Below, piece after piece: positions 20,322-31,824 of a stretch of DNA of 64,000 bases (its first letter is position 1; each line of letters begins with the position of its first letter). The notes beneath the pieces are model-generated. The model searched no databases. It was not told the origin of the DNA and worked only from the letters and a program-made list of their open reading frames with translations. The position numbers and the translations under genes are program-made. The stretch comes from Nematocida ausubeli (lineage: Eukaryota): NCBI RefSeq assembly GCF_000738915.1, contig NW_026515638.1, forward strand, positions 394,882 to 458,881. Reading direction: 5' to 3'.

Positions 20322-21080
20322 TTACACGTAGTACATGCATGCTAGGCCATTCATGAAAGCTAAAACTGCAGATATTCCTAGCATATATATATACGAATTA
20401 TAAAATAAGTTCCCAAATATTCCTACATTACTCACAAATATTACCTTCCTATTAGGGAGTGGGTGGCTCTTTTGTTTTTCCACAATTAATTTATACTCGC
20501 CTGGCTGAAGATCATCTAGTTTTCCTATCTTGAAATATGCAGATGAGAAGGAAGATGACTTAGCCCAGCTGCTAATTTGACTATTTCTATCTGCATGAAT
20601 CTTCATAATATTATTCTCATTGAGAAGTGTATATTTATCGTTAGGATATGTGGATCTAATAATACCACAAGGATATACCCACTCACCATCTTCTACATAA
20701 GGAGTGCAATCTATATTTAGTTCATCCTGTGATGTGCCTTGATAGAAAGGATCTTCTCTCATATATTTCATGTGTGTTTGTGCTGCACCCTCTACTGCAC
20801 CGTACATGTACGTGTTTGTCTTTGGTTTTTTCACTGTAAATGAATATTCACATTTATCGGTGATGCAATGGGAAAAGTCAATGGTAATCATACTAGTGGA
20901 ATCTAGGAAGAAATGAATTATGCAAGTGCATGCTATGGCAGCAAGGGAGATTCCCGTGTAAAATGTAAGTCTTTTTTTGGTGCTCATTCGAAATGTGTAT
21001 CTCGGCAGTTTCTGCTCTGTTATTTCAGTGTACCTTTGCAGGAATACTTCTTTTATTGTGGCAAAAATAGACGCAGCCAT
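20322..21080 (-). CDS. CDC50/LEM3-family flippase beta subunit (reduced)
   Basis: F.Q..LP N-terminus, two terminal TM helices, luminal C.P...YPCGII...PND.Y motif, L.PGEY.L. Confidence 0.75.
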   Translation of the reverse strand: MAASIFATIKEVFLQRYTEITEQKLPRYTFRMSTKKRLTFYTGISLAAIACTCIIHFFLDSTSMITIDFSHCITDKCEYSFTVKKPKTNTYMYGAVEGAAQTHMKYMREDPFYQGTSQDELNIDCTPYVEDGEWVYPCGIIRSTYPNDKYTLLNENNIMKIHADRNSQISSWAKSSSFSSAYFKIGKLDDLQPGEYKLIVEKQKSHPLPNRKVIFVSNVGIFGNLFYNSYIYMLGISAVLAFMNGLACMYYV

Positions 21081-21447
21081 TGAATAAAAATACGCAAATT
21101 ATTAAATATTTCATATGAGAGTGGCGGCAATTAAAAGACAAAAATACAGTTACTGCAAGGACAGAGTGAATGTTTCCTTTGGGAAGTGCAGCAGAAATAG
21201 TGTCACCATAGACTAACTGAAGTCACAGGCTGCAGGATGGAATAAAAATGAGTTTATTCTTACTGGGAATATAATACAAATGGCAGTTATTCTTTATTAT
21301 TGTTGTGACCTGAAAACTTTCCAGTGGAAAAATAATAATTGATGAATATGATATTTGTTTAAGAATTATTTAGGTGCAATTGCCTTGGTATATGTCTTAA
21401 TACTTTTATCTGTTTGTCTGGTTGCCACTTGTGCCTGTCAATTATTT

Positions 21448-22368
21448 CTATTGCAAATGAAATAGTGTTTTGAAGTTTCTGTCAATTATTTCTACTAGAC
21501 GTGATCTTTCAATGTTTTTTATAGCTGCCACAATGTCAATCACTTGGTGCAGATTCACTGGCTCATTCCTTCCTTTCACAGGGTGATCTTCAACCCACTT
21601 CTTGCTGGGTTTAAGATATTCGTGCGTGTGCTTGTGATATGTGCACGTGGGGCGCACTGTGCACCAAGGTGCATCTGTCTCTAGAAGCAGTTTATCTAGG
21701 GGTATATTTTCTATCACAGAAGTATGCACATTCTCCCTAATTGAAGCCCCATTTATTCCTATATAGTATCCCTTACTGACTAGTTTTTCCATTTCCTTCA
21801 AACTGCCTGTATATGAGTGTATTACGCCTGCCACTTTATACTGGTCTATAATTTCATGGAAATCTTCTTCGCAGTCTCTGTAATGGAATATATACGGCAT
21901 GTTGTATCTGTGCGTTTTATCCAGAATTTCCTTAAATATCTCTTTCTGTTTTTCCTTTGGGGAGTAGTCCCTGCAGTAATCTAAGCCTATTTCACCTATG
22001 CCAATTATGCAGTCCAAATGGGAGAGAGATGCATCTACAACCAAACCAGAAATATCTTCATGTAAAAAAGACCTTTTATCCTTTATATTTCCACTGTCTA
22101 GAACCTTAATAAGACCATTTACATCTTCCTTACTGGATGTTTCAGTGCTCCCTGGGTGTATGCCAATTGTGCAATATTCTTTGTACTCATTTGCTAATGC
22201 AATGGACTCAAAAGAGCTCTTTAAAGAAATCCCCAGAAATACCATTTTCACACCATGCAATTTAGCCCTATTAATTACCCCAGGAATATCACATATATGC
22301 TTCTTTCTGCTGTTGTATATTCCCATGTACTGTGGATCAGTTATGTTTACTGCTATGTCGTACGGCAT
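21448..22368 (-). CDS. TatD-family DNase
   Basis: DIAVNITD..Y.G.Y, TIGIHP, IGEIGLDY, GVIHSYTG, LLLETDAPWC and KGRNEP. Likely start MPYD at 22368. Confidence 0.9.
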   Translation of the reverse strand: MPYDIAVNITDPQYMGIYNSRKKHICDIPGVINRAKLHGVKMVFLGISLKSSFESIALANEYKEYCTIGIHPGSTETSSKEDVNGLIKVLDSGNIKDKRSFLHEDISGLVVDASLSHLDCIIGIGEIGLDYCRDYSPKEKQKEIFKEILDKTHRYNMPYIFHYRDCEEDFHEIIDQYKVAGVIHSYTGSLKEMEKLVSKGYYIGINGASIRENVHTSVIENIPLDKLLLETDAPWCTVRPTCTYHKHTHEYLKPSKKWVEDHPVKGRNEPVNLHQVIDIVAAIKNIERSRLVEIIDRNFKTLFHLQ

Positions 22369-22405
22369 TCTTTTAAAATATGGATTTTTTAATAACAACA
22401 TCCAT

Positions 22406-23467
22406 ATGGAGACTGGACAGCAAAACATTGAAGAAGAATTAAAGAATATTCTGACCCAAGGATGCACAGACAATGTGGAAATACAAAGGGATGCATATAA
22501 TAATATAACGATAATTAAAAGGCCAGAAGTATCTGGGGATTTATATAAAGTAGGCATTGATGAAGCAGGAAGAGGGCCGTTAGCAGGGCCACTTGTGTAT
22601 AGCATGGCTTACTGGGTTAGTGACCCAGATACAAAAGTGTATAATGACTCAAAAAAAGTAGGAAAGCAGAAAAGAGTCATGCAACACAAAGACTTATACA
22701 AGGATAAGTCTGTTGGATTTATAATACGCTGTTTATCTCCACTATTCATAAGCATAAATATGCTTTGCACCATACGCGATAAAGAGAATAAAAGTCTGAA
22801 AAAGATTCCTGCAAAAAAAACTGCCAAGAGACAGAAATTAGAACCTGAAATTGCAGAAGAGGCAGGGAAAAATAAAGAACCATCATACAGCACTATTCTG
22901 CATATGATGGGGAAAACAGATTTAGGACCTCCTATTTTTGTAAGTCGCATCAGGCAGAACCTAAATGATCTATCAATTGGGTGCATACTAGAGCTACTAA
23001 ACACGTCGATTAAGTCGGGAGTGCAGATGCAGGAAGTGTTCATTGATACTGTAGGGAATAAGCAAACACTAAGGGCAAAAGTAGTCGATCTATTAAAAGA
23101 CTCCAAGGGAATAAAAAATGTGACAGTTGAGGAAAAGGCAGATTCAAAGTATCAGGTAGTAGGGGCTGCAAGTATTCTTGCAAAGGTCACAAGAGACATG
23201 TTCTTTGAGAATTCCGATCTATCAAAACTGATTTATAAAGGGGCTTCTCTGCCAAAAATAGCAGTCAGTGGGTACCCATCTGATGTGAATACAAAGAACT
23301 GGATGAAAAAGTCATTTTTAAGTGGCCTTGGGTTTCCGTCCATATTTCGGATTGCATGGAAGCCTATACTGGAAGTACTGCAAGAAGAAAAAACAAAAAA
23401 ACATCTGAAAAATGAGACAGTAAGAGGAACAATGACTTGCTACTTAAAGAAGGCACAAATACAATAA
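22406..23467 (+). CDS. RNH201: Ribonuclease H2 catalytic subunit A
   Basis: VGIDEAGRGPLAGP, NDSKK, VFIDTVG, KADSKY.VVGAASILAKV.RD and SGYPSD. Likely start METG at 22406. Confidence 0.9.
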   Translation: METGQQNIEEELKNILTQGCTDNVEIQRDAYNNITIIKRPEVSGDLYKVGIDEAGRGPLAGPLVYSMAYWVSDPDTKVYNDSKKVGKQKRVMQHKDLYKDKSVGFIIRCLSPLFISINMLCTIRDKENKSLKKIPAKKTAKRQKLEPEIAEEAGKNKEPSYSTILHMMGKTDLGPPIFVSRIRQNLNDLSIGCILELLNTSIKSGVQMQEVFIDTVGNKQTLRAKVVDLLKDSKGIKNVTVEEKADSKYQVVGAASILAKVTRDMFFENSDLSKLIYKGASLPKIAVSGYPSDVNTKNWMKKSFLSGLGFPSIFRIAWKPILEVLQEEKTKKHLKNETVRGTMTCYLKKAQIQ

Positions 23468-24272
23468 TAACCTGATATGTAGTACATACACGACTTAATA
23501 CGACATAATATGCAATTATTTCTGGTTATGCAGGATCTGTCTATTTTATATTTGGAAGGCAGTCGCTGAAAAGTTCAGATTATTTCATAGTGCAGTTTTT
23601 CTTGTAGAAAGACATATTTTCATGCACTTTAAAGAACTTCTAGAGAAGCTAGTGTATGTGAATCGATCGAATAAAATGTGAAAGTACATGGATGCCATAT
23701 AATTCACATCTTAGAATACAGAATAATACCTAGAAATAACTCCTGCAATTAGTACTTAGTGTAGTCTGCTGTAACAGCTTCAGAATTAAAGGAAATCTGT
23801 GCATCAGCAGGCATAAAATAAATGTAATTTTAACTAGGCTAGTCTCCTGTGGTAATACAATCCATAAAATACACATAATATAATAGGTGCAATTCAGATA
23901 TTAGTATATTCGGGTTTATAATTATCTTATGTACTTGGAAATATACTTTCCAATAAATTTACATTAGAAATGTATCTATAAGAAATTCACTTCTAAAAAT
24001 ATATTTATGTGCACAGAAGGAGAACTATTTCACAGGAAATAGAAGTATAGAATAGAAAGAGTATTTGCCAAGGGACTTTATTTTGTACAATTACATCTGT
24101 ACTAGAACTAGTTATATTCCTATGTACTTACAAAGTATTTAAATGTAATATAATATTTACAGTTGAAATTAAACATCTGTATATATCTATGCTAATATCC
24201 ATATATTAATGCAGTAGATCAAACTGATGAATATTAGTAATATTTACTACAGAAATTAAATGAAAAGATTCA

Positions 24273-27200
24273 ATGAATAAATATAGTACTGAGACAGTAA
24301 GAGATAATGAATTAGAAAGAGATGAATTAATGGAAGAAATAATATATAATTATAGTGAGCTAGATAGTCAGGATATGGATATTGAGTCATACGTGCATAC
24401 GAAGCAAATGACTATACTATTAGAAGGATCTGAGATAAGAAAAAGCATAGACAAGAAGAAGTGTTTTATCTCAGATAAAGAAAAGAACAACCTTCCTTTG
24501 GGCTTAAAAATACTTGCATTTACTATATACCAGCAGATAAATAGAATAATCAAAGCCATTCTATCTCATAGAATGGAGATGCCTAGTACCAGCAATCCTT
24601 CAGAGAAAAGCACGAAAATCCTCAAGAAAACTGACTTTCTACTAAAACAGCTAGATCTACAGAAGACATGCATCTTCTCACAGGAAATAATGCAAGACTT
24701 GAAGTATTTATACTGCAAGGACCCATATACAGTAGAATCCTGCATACTCAGAATAGAAGATGAACTAAACAGTCCATGGTGCAAGACAGAAATACTTAGT
24801 AGACTTGAAAGAATAATGGCAGAGCCAACTAAAAAGGACATGAAATATATTCGAATAGCAATTAATAAGCTAGATATTTTGAGTGCCCAAGACTATATAG
24901 CCCAGCAAGTTAATAGGCAGATTTTCATTAGAAATGACACAAAGGCAATCCTGCAAGAAATCATCAAAGGCTCCTATACGATAAAAAGTGAGTTGCAAAG
25001 TGCATTTACAGTGGATATAAATGAAGATCCAGATGAAAACATACAGATCCTTATAAAAACTATTGCACATATATTGCATGGAACAGAAAGACCAGAAGAA
25101 TTATTGTACGGAAGGTATGTGCCATGTCTAAAAGACTTTAGGGAAAAAGCAGCAAAAAAGAATCTCTCAAAGGAATATGCAGAGACTGTCTGCTATTACA
25201 GCCATGAAAGAATAATCTCAGAGGTTGAAAAAAATGACAAGTTAATTGGTCAAATAAATATCCAGAATAGTGAATGCTGCCTCTTACAGCAGACTATGAT
25301 GGTGTTTAATAGTATCTCAGAGAAAAGTGAAGTAAAAGAGCAAACTAAGAGTGTAGAGCATGATGTACAAGGCAATATACCAGAACATCTTGAGATAAAG
25401 GATAATGAGTATTATTTATCACATCAAACAAGTGGTGATCTAGACAAAGATATAATATCCCACATAAAATCACATCCTATAAGACACGACAAAGAGTTAA
25501 ATGAAATATCTGCAAGCAAAGCAATAGAAACCCTAAAGACAATAGGAAGCCTTTTGGTTAAGTGCCTGGTAGAAGACGACAAGGAGAAAGCCCTTAAAGA
25601 TCTGAAGGCAGCATATAAAAGGATTAATTCTGTTCCACTCAAGATAATTGAGGAGTATATGCCAAGAATATGGATGGATTTACTTCTCAAAAATGATTTA
25701 TATATTTCCATCACCAAGGAAAGGAATACATATATGGGCATAAAAATAGTTCAAGCAGTGCAACAATACCGCACGGATATGCTACATATATTACTAAGTG
25801 TCTTTATGGAGGCATCAGTCGTTTATTCTCTTTCTATGGGAAAAGCCTTATTAAAAACCATTATGCCTGTTTATATACAGGCCTTCCAGCCAAATACAAT
25901 TGCAAGGAAACAGAGCCTTTTAAGGAACAATAGGAGCAGATTTGCAGGGTGGTTGGCCGTGCAATACTACAGACTAAAATGCAGCATATTCAAAGACCAT
26001 GATATAACCACTGTCAAAGAGGATATCTTTGGTGATGTATCGCAGTTTTTGCCTATGAAGAATATTCTATCAATGATACTGGATATAATTAATGAAAAAC
26101 AACAAAGGGATCTTTCCATTATAAATGAAGAACTGGTTAAGCACGGATGCATTGGTATTAGGCTCCTGAATAAGATGAATATGGCAGCAAAAGTAGAATA
26201 TATACGAAATTCAGAATTAGGCAAGGAGACACATGAAGGACTAGATACTACAGAAATAAGAGAGAAGCTAAAGACCATTATCCATACGGAAGAGTCTCCA
26301 AAAATAAATATGAAGCTATACTATCACGACTGCATCACGAAATCAGAAATTAAAAAAGCTGCAAAAAGTCTTCATAATTTTCCTTCCTTTCCTTTGCAGC
26401 CAAGAAAGAGAGGAGAAATAATTGAAATTACCCCAAGACCACTAAGAGTAACAGGGCACCAAGGTGATATCTATAGAAAGTTAAACAACTATCTTCAGTT
26501 ACCAGACATTGAAAAAGACCCAAAAGTCATAAAGAAATTTCTTTGTGAAATCTCACAGTATTTAAGAATAGGAATACACTCCATTATTAAGAACCAGCAA
26601 ACAGATTGCACCCCAAGAAACGCTATAAGATTTAAGAATCCTGTGCTAAAACCAAAATACAATTTTGTGACTAAATCACTTGAAGTACTAGGCAGTGCAC
26701 TGTATGATGACTTTATGCGTTTAGTAGAAGTAGTAAAGAATTCAATTATTTCTTGTGCTACAAGAATAGACAGTTATATTACGACTAGATATTCTTCTCA
26801 GAATAATTCTTTGCCTCTTAGGGCATGGTCTGCTTGCAAAAGGAAGTATTTCTACTGGTTTTTTGATCCACCCCATAATATGCTGTATACATATATAGAC
26901 AGATCCATCATTCTTAATAATAGAATTACCCAAATAAATCACCCTGCTGCCACCTGCATCTATAATATTCCTGAAATTCTGCCAGTGACAAAGGAAAAAA
27001 AGCTTATTAGACAGTTAAAAAGGAAAAACACAGAAACAAAGCAGGAAATACTTCTGAAAAGAGCAATAAACTCCTTCTACATGATCTCCCAAAGGGATCC
27101 AAACCGCATAAATATAAAAAATGCAGATTTATCCCAGGTATATGACTATATGCAAATACTAGCCCAAAACATTCAAGTAAAAATAGCACTACTTAGTCAG

Positions 27201-27419
27201 AAAGACAGTGCTCTTTTTAGATTTAGTGAGTCACATGCAGATTGTGATACTGATATTCATGATATTCAGTTTAATCCCAGCAGCAATTTACAAAAGAGTC
27301 TACATAAACTTAAAACCCCCATATTATCATGCCTAGCCTTTGTACTAGATATAATTATTGCATATTTTATTTGGGTCTCCATGGAGTTCATAATGAAAAA
27401 TATTATATCCTATGTGTAG
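24273..27419 (+). CDS. Large hypothetical protein with C-terminal TM helix (1048 aa)
   Basis: 3.1-kb ORF. Terminal hydrophobic ILSCLAFVLDIIIAYFIWV. No family recognised. Confidence 0.75.
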   Translation: MNKYSTETVRDNELERDELMEEIIYNYSELDSQDMDIESYVHTKQMTILLEGSEIRKSIDKKKCFISDKEKNNLPLGLKILAFTIYQQINRIIKAILSHRMEMPSTSNPSEKSTKILKKTDFLLKQLDLQKTCIFSQEIMQDLKYLYCKDPYTVESCILRIEDELNSPWCKTEILSRLERIMAEPTKKDMKYIRIAINKLDILSAQDYIAQQVNRQIFIRNDTKAILQEIIKGSYTIKSELQSAFTVDINEDPDENIQILIKTIAHILHGTERPEELLYGRYVPCLKDFREKAAKKNLSKEYAETVCYYSHERIISEVEKNDKLIGQINIQNSECCLLQQTMMVFNSISEKSEVKEQTKSVEHDVQGNIPEHLEIKDNEYYLSHQTSGDLDKDIISHIKSHPIRHDKELNEISASKAIETLKTIGSLLVKCLVEDDKEKALKDLKAAYKRINSVPLKIIEEYMPRIWMDLLLKNDLYISITKERNTYMGIKIVQAVQQYRTDMLHILLSVFMEASVVYSLSMGKALLKTIMPVYIQAFQPNTIARKQSLLRNNRSRFAGWLAVQYYRLKCSIFKDHDITTVKEDIFGDVSQFLPMKNILSMILDIINEKQQRDLSIINEELVKHGCIGIRLLNKMNMAAKVEYIRNSELGKETHEGLDTTEIREKLKTIIHTEESPKINMKLYYHDCITKSEIKKAAKSLHNFPSFPLQPRKRGEIIEITPRPLRVTGHQGDIYRKLNNYLQLPDIEKDPKVIKKFLCEISQYLRIGIHSIIKNQQTDCTPRNAIRFKNPVLKPKYNFVTKSLEVLGSALYDDFMRLVEVVKNSIISCATRIDSYITTRYSSQNNSLPLRAWSACKRKYFYWFFDPPHNMLYTYIDRSIILNNRITQINHPAATCIYNIPEILPVTKEKKLIRQLKRKNTETKQEILLKRAINSFYMISQRDPNRINIKNADLSQVYDYMQILAQNIQVKIALLSQKDSALFRFSESHADCDTDIHDIQFNPSSNLQKSLHKLKTPILSCLAFVLDIIIAYFIWVSMEFIMKNIISYV

Positions 27420-27949
27420 CACCTGATTACATGCATATTTTGGAAGACCAATAATAGTATTTATTGGCACAATACAGTATAAATTAGTTTATTTCTGTGA
27501 TAAATACGTTACAGTTAAATTAAACCATTTAAACAGTTGAGTTTTCTAATAAATACTAAGGTTCAAAAATATCTTCTAAAATAAGTTTTTCTCTACTGTT
27601 CTATAGTACAGTGCCTTTTAATTATGAAATTTCACTTTTTATTAAAACCCAGTAGTTATACGATAAATCTAATTATCACACTGTATTTAAGACTAAGTGC
27701 AGGGCCAGAATGAGCATATTGCTGCATCTCTTTGTGCTCTGAGTACTTATCTGGTGAAATATATAATATTTAGTGTAATTTCCATATTACTGGTTTATTT
27801 GCATACTAAGCCATGCAATTAGATAAATCCATTAATAATAACCTGTGAGTGTAGCACATATAAGCAGTCATATGTGTGAGTACAAAATAGTTGAAATATT
27901 TTGCATTTTAGGGAGAAATTCCTTTACAAGCGCATGAGAACATGAGAAA

Positions 27950-30097
27950 TCATGAGATGTAGTCAAAGGTTTTCAGAAGCAGAATAGCACACTCTGTGCT
28001 TATTTCAGCATATACCATGGGCTCTGGGTTGTACGTAAATAGGCTTGCATATTTGTGCTCTGCATGATTATAGTGCACATATCGAATAACTGCCTTAACG
28101 GCCGTTGGCTCTGCGTTGATTTTATTTCGAATGTAATCTGCAGCCACTCTGACAGTAAATCTAGTGTAGAATGCAAGAATTGCATTTCCTATTGACTGAA
28201 AGAACGGGTCCTCCAGGCCCTTTACTTCATATGGATATGGAGGTCCCATCCAGGCCCATATTTTGCTGTTCCCTGGGCCTATTTCATCTTCCATAACGTA
28301 GGACCAATACCGCCCTAGACCAAGCACATTCGAACTATTCGAGTACACAGGGAACGAGAACAAAGAAGATGCGACATTCTGCTTGATTGTCAAAAGATAC
28401 TCATTTATCTTATATCTTAGTGCACATTCCTGGAAGTGTGCTGGGTCTTTTTCCTTTTCAAATTTCACCATAGACCTTTCCCTTATTCTTTTGACTTTAC
28501 TGAAGTTCCATAGGTTATCCTCAAGTGTCCTTATGGTCAAAATATCATATGCATCTGCTTTTGTAATTGGTGCAGATAGTATATCCAGGGTGCTATTTGA
28601 AAGAAGAACCTTCCTGTTGAACAGCCAGAATAACTCTCTGAAACCAATTTCATCAAGCATATTTCCATATTCCTGGAGATAAGGATTTTCCCTTAGATCT
28701 AAATAGTTGAATCCTTGGCTTCTTAGCAAATAGTCTGCTAGTCTATCAACTGTTTCTATTTGATTGTGCGAAAAGTCAAGATTCTTAATGTAGTCGGATA
28801 CAAAGAATATGCATGGAATGTATTCAAGCTTATTATGTGAAAGATTTGCAACCTCCAGCCTAGGCAGAGGGATAGACTCTTTGATGATCTTTTCCCTGCC
28901 TTGTGAGTGCAAGTAGTACTCCTTTGGGATTACTTCAAGTATTGCACTGAATATTTTGTTATCTTTTTTTGTAAAGGCGATCTTGTTGTGCGACAAGTCA
29001 ATCACCCTTAGGGAAATTAAGTCAGGCAGATTATTCGGCAGATATGTAAGCTGGTTCCCGGAAGCATTAAGTGTTACTAGTTTGGCTAGGCTGGATATTG
29101 TATCTGGGAGTGCTGTTATTTTGTTGTTGCTTACGTTTAAGTGAATTAGCTCTGCCACTCCTATATGGTCTGGAAGGGATGTTAGGCTGCATCCTGTTAC
29201 CGACAGGTCAGTTAGCTGGGGACACTCAAAGAGAAGAGGCGGTAAGGCCTTTAGGTCAATGCAATTCGTAACCTGGACCTTTGATAGATTTGGAAATCTG
29301 TGCATTTCTTCTGGAAGCTTTTTAATTGCGCACCCTACAAATGTAAGGGAATATAACTCAGTGAATGTATATATTATTTCTGGTATTTCTGTGAACTTGC
29401 AATTATGGAAGACAAGAACCTTAACAGGTGCCTTTGACTCTATGACGGGAAACTCGCTTTCCCCTACGAACATAAGCACATTTTTATGTTCACTCAGAAG
29501 ACTTCTTTTTTTCAATAAACTCTCCAAGGAATCTATATTAGTCTGCTCTTTCTCTGGGGCATCATCAAAATTCACATGTCTACTTCTCTTGTCTACTTCA
29601 GTGTCATCATCTGAAACATCTGGACTATCCAGGATAATAGAGTTATGGACCTTTCTGGGGCGAGGTGCAGGGGTAGGTTTAATTTCTGATTTAACTGCAT
29701 TATTTGTCTCCTCTTTTCTTGCCTCTTTTGTTTCTTTTTCTTCTGCATTATTCGTCTCTTTTTCTTCTCTGACTATTTCTTCTTTAATTGACTTTTCTTC
29801 TGGAAGTGGTTCTTCTTCTGAAAGTGATCCTTCTTCAGGAATAGTTTGGCACAGTCTACCAGATGGTACAATACTAGTATCTAGTGCTACTTTTAGGAGT
29901 TCTGGGTTTATGGAATAATCTGATTCATTTTCACTACTGGAGCTAGAAGTTAATGGAGACCTGCCTGGATGCAAGTCATAACTATCTACTATATCACTAT
30001 CATCACTGCTTGCAGTTTGGTGTATCTCTGCAGTAGCAGATACCATGCATATGTACACTGTACAGAATATCTTCAATACTGTAAGACTTGCTTTCAT
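27950..30097 (-). CDS. Secreted leucine-rich repeat protein (715 aa)
   Basis: Signal peptide, acidic disordered region, then typical LRRs (LxxLNVSNNKITALP, LVTLNASGNQLTYLP, LRVIDLSHNKI) and an unknown C-terminal domain. Confidence 0.85.
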   Translation of the reverse strand: MKASLTVLKIFCTVYICMVSATAEIHQTASSDDSDIVDSYDLHPGRSPLTSSSSSENESDYSINPELLKVALDTSIVPSGRLCQTIPEEGSLSEEEPLPEEKSIKEEIVREEKETNNAEEKETKEARKEETNNAVKSEIKPTPAPRPRKVHNSIILDSPDVSDDDTEVDKRSRHVNFDDAPEKEQTNIDSLESLLKKRSLLSEHKNVLMFVGESEFPVIESKAPVKVLVFHNCKFTEIPEIIYTFTELYSLTFVGCAIKKLPEEMHRFPNLSKVQVTNCIDLKALPPLLFECPQLTDLSVTGCSLTSLPDHIGVAELIHLNVSNNKITALPDTISSLAKLVTLNASGNQLTYLPNNLPDLISLRVIDLSHNKIAFTKKDNKIFSAILEVIPKEYYLHSQGREKIIKESIPLPRLEVANLSHNKLEYIPCIFFVSDYIKNLDFSHNQIETVDRLADYLLRSQGFNYLDLRENPYLQEYGNMLDEIGFRELFWLFNRKVLLSNSTLDILSAPITKADAYDILTIRTLEDNLWNFSKVKRIRERSMVKFEKEKDPAHFQECALRYKINEYLLTIKQNVASSLFSFPVYSNSSNVLGLGRYWSYVMEDEIGPGNSKIWAWMGPPYPYEVKGLEDPFFQSIGNAILAFYTRFTVRVAADYIRNKINAEPTAVKAVIRYVHYNHAEHKYASLFTYNPEPMVYAEISTECAILLLKTFDYIS

Positions 30098-30666
30098 ATT
30101 CTTTTCAATATACGTGCTATTTATGTGTGTTTATTAAAAATCATATTTACTCATTTTGGCATTTATATTAATATAGCCTAATGAAGAATAATTTCGAAAT
30201 TGTTTCCTACTGCCTTTCTTTCTCCTTATAATTTAGTCTATATACACTGCCTTCTTACATTAGTATGAAATATTTTGTAGAGTTTAGTATGGGGTAAATT
30301 GTATTTAGCTTAGCACTTTCATGCACCATGTTATATTTCAGGTTATATCATGGAGTGGTTATATTCAGGTTATTTCATAAAAACAGTGCTTTTTTGGCAG
30401 TTAATTCTAAATTTGTATCTTTATTAAACTCTTTGGGTTTTTATGTCTATGCACTCAACAACTGATTATTTATACTCTGTTAGAAAGCACAGACTGGCTG
30501 TGTGCACTGCGTGTTAATAAAGTGTTTTTCATATGGCATGATATTTTCTCTTCTAGGCACTTGCACTGCGCCCTAGCATATGAATGTATCTGAAAGGACT
30601 TTCTGTACTGCAGCCATGTGCACTCTTTGATAATACCTGGGTTTATTAAACGTGCATAATTTGCAG

Positions 30667-31602
30667 TTATTTTGCAAGGAATGGGAGACTGCGCAGGGAA
30701 AGTGCTCCAAGATACCTTCCTTCATGGGTATTTGCAAATATTAGAAGAAGCAGGAAGGAGAGAACTACATCTCCTTGCGTATCGTATAGTTTGTTCTTGT
30801 TTATAAAGTACACGTTGAATGTTTTCTTCCCTTCTATCAGAGACTCTGTATCTTCAACCAGCAGGCCAAACCGACTTATCTTTATCTTGCTGATATCATC
30901 GAAAATAAACTCATCCATTGGGTTTGTGTAATACGAACTGTCTCCTGGGATCTTTTCATTGAAGTGGTTGTAGAGAATCTTGAAGAGTGCCTTCCCATGC
31001 ATTTCATTGCTTTTATCGTAGCACAAGAATCCATTTCCGCACATCATTTTCAGATCATTTATCTCCATTCTTGAAAGAATCTTTGGTGTTTTCATGTTGT
31101 TTAGCATCTGCGATGGTTCATTCAGGGCAGAGAGAAGCACATTTTTGTGCATCCATGTTTTGAAGTCTTTTTCCAGCTGCTTGCTGAGACCAAATTCCTG
31201 CTCGTACTCTTCATACTTCTTAATGACTATCTGCTTGGGTGGAGTAATTGCCTTGTTCTTCCTTCTGAAGGACAGCTGGAAATTAATTTCGGATTTTCTA
31301 TATGGCTCCTTATCAGCTGGCTTTTCCTCAGGCTTTACAGCCTCCTGTGGCTTTGCAACTATCTTCACTGCCTCTTTATTTTTCTTGGAAGACGATGCCA
31401 TTACCAGAATTACAAGAAGCATAAAACACGCATTCGCGAACAAATATGTCAAAACTGCAAATAGACACTTTCCTCCTATTTTTATATACGCAGCAAGTGC
31501 ACACCCAGTAAGAACAACCTGCACAAGAAGAGATTTTATCTTCTTCTCCATGCCAACTGCATGTGAAATAGAAGGGTCTGTCTTTTCTAAAGATATTTTC
31601 AT
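30667..31602 (-). CDS. TMEM209/NET31-like nuclear-envelope membrane protein
   Basis: Two N-terminal TMs. FKTWMHKNVL, ALFKILYNHFNEKIP and C-terminal GDVVLSFLLLLIFANTHEGRYLGALSL parallel TMEM209 blocks (FR.W...IL; FC.YLD..LP; G.NN.F..L..FL......G.LG.V.L). Confidence 0.55.
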   Translation of the reverse strand: MKISLEKTDPSISHAVGMEKKIKSLLVQVVLTGCALAAYIKIGGKCLFAVLTYLFANACFMLLVILVMASSSKKNKEAVKIVAKPQEAVKPEEKPADKEPYRKSEINFQLSFRRKNKAITPPKQIVIKKYEEYEQEFGLSKQLEKDFKTWMHKNVLLSALNEPSQMLNNMKTPKILSRMEINDLKMMCGNGFLCYDKSNEMHGKALFKILYNHFNEKIPGDSSYYTNPMDEFIFDDISKIKISRFGLLVEDTESLIEGKKTFNVYFINKNKLYDTQGDVVLSFLLLLIFANTHEGRYLGALSLRSLPFLAK

Positions 31603-31824
31603 TAGCGCAAATGCAAAAAGTAAATTATATATATCCGAATACTTTTCAAAGAGATCATGAGATGATCAACACAAATAAACACAGCGCCAGTCATGCAATA
31701 AAGAACAGCCTGAATTTAGAGAGTGCAATTATTGGGTGAATTCGGGTATTTTGTTTTAGACTTCTTTGAAGTTTCATACGTTGCTATGGCGTGTTCTTTT
31801 ATAGCACATTGTAAAGGATAAACA

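Noticed and set aside
21998..22605. Apparent 600-bp overlap between TatD and RNase H2A
   Set aside because: TatD homology starts at 22368, and RNase H2A has a plausible ATG at 22406 upstream of its first motif. The upstream extensions are antisense read-through of the partner gene.
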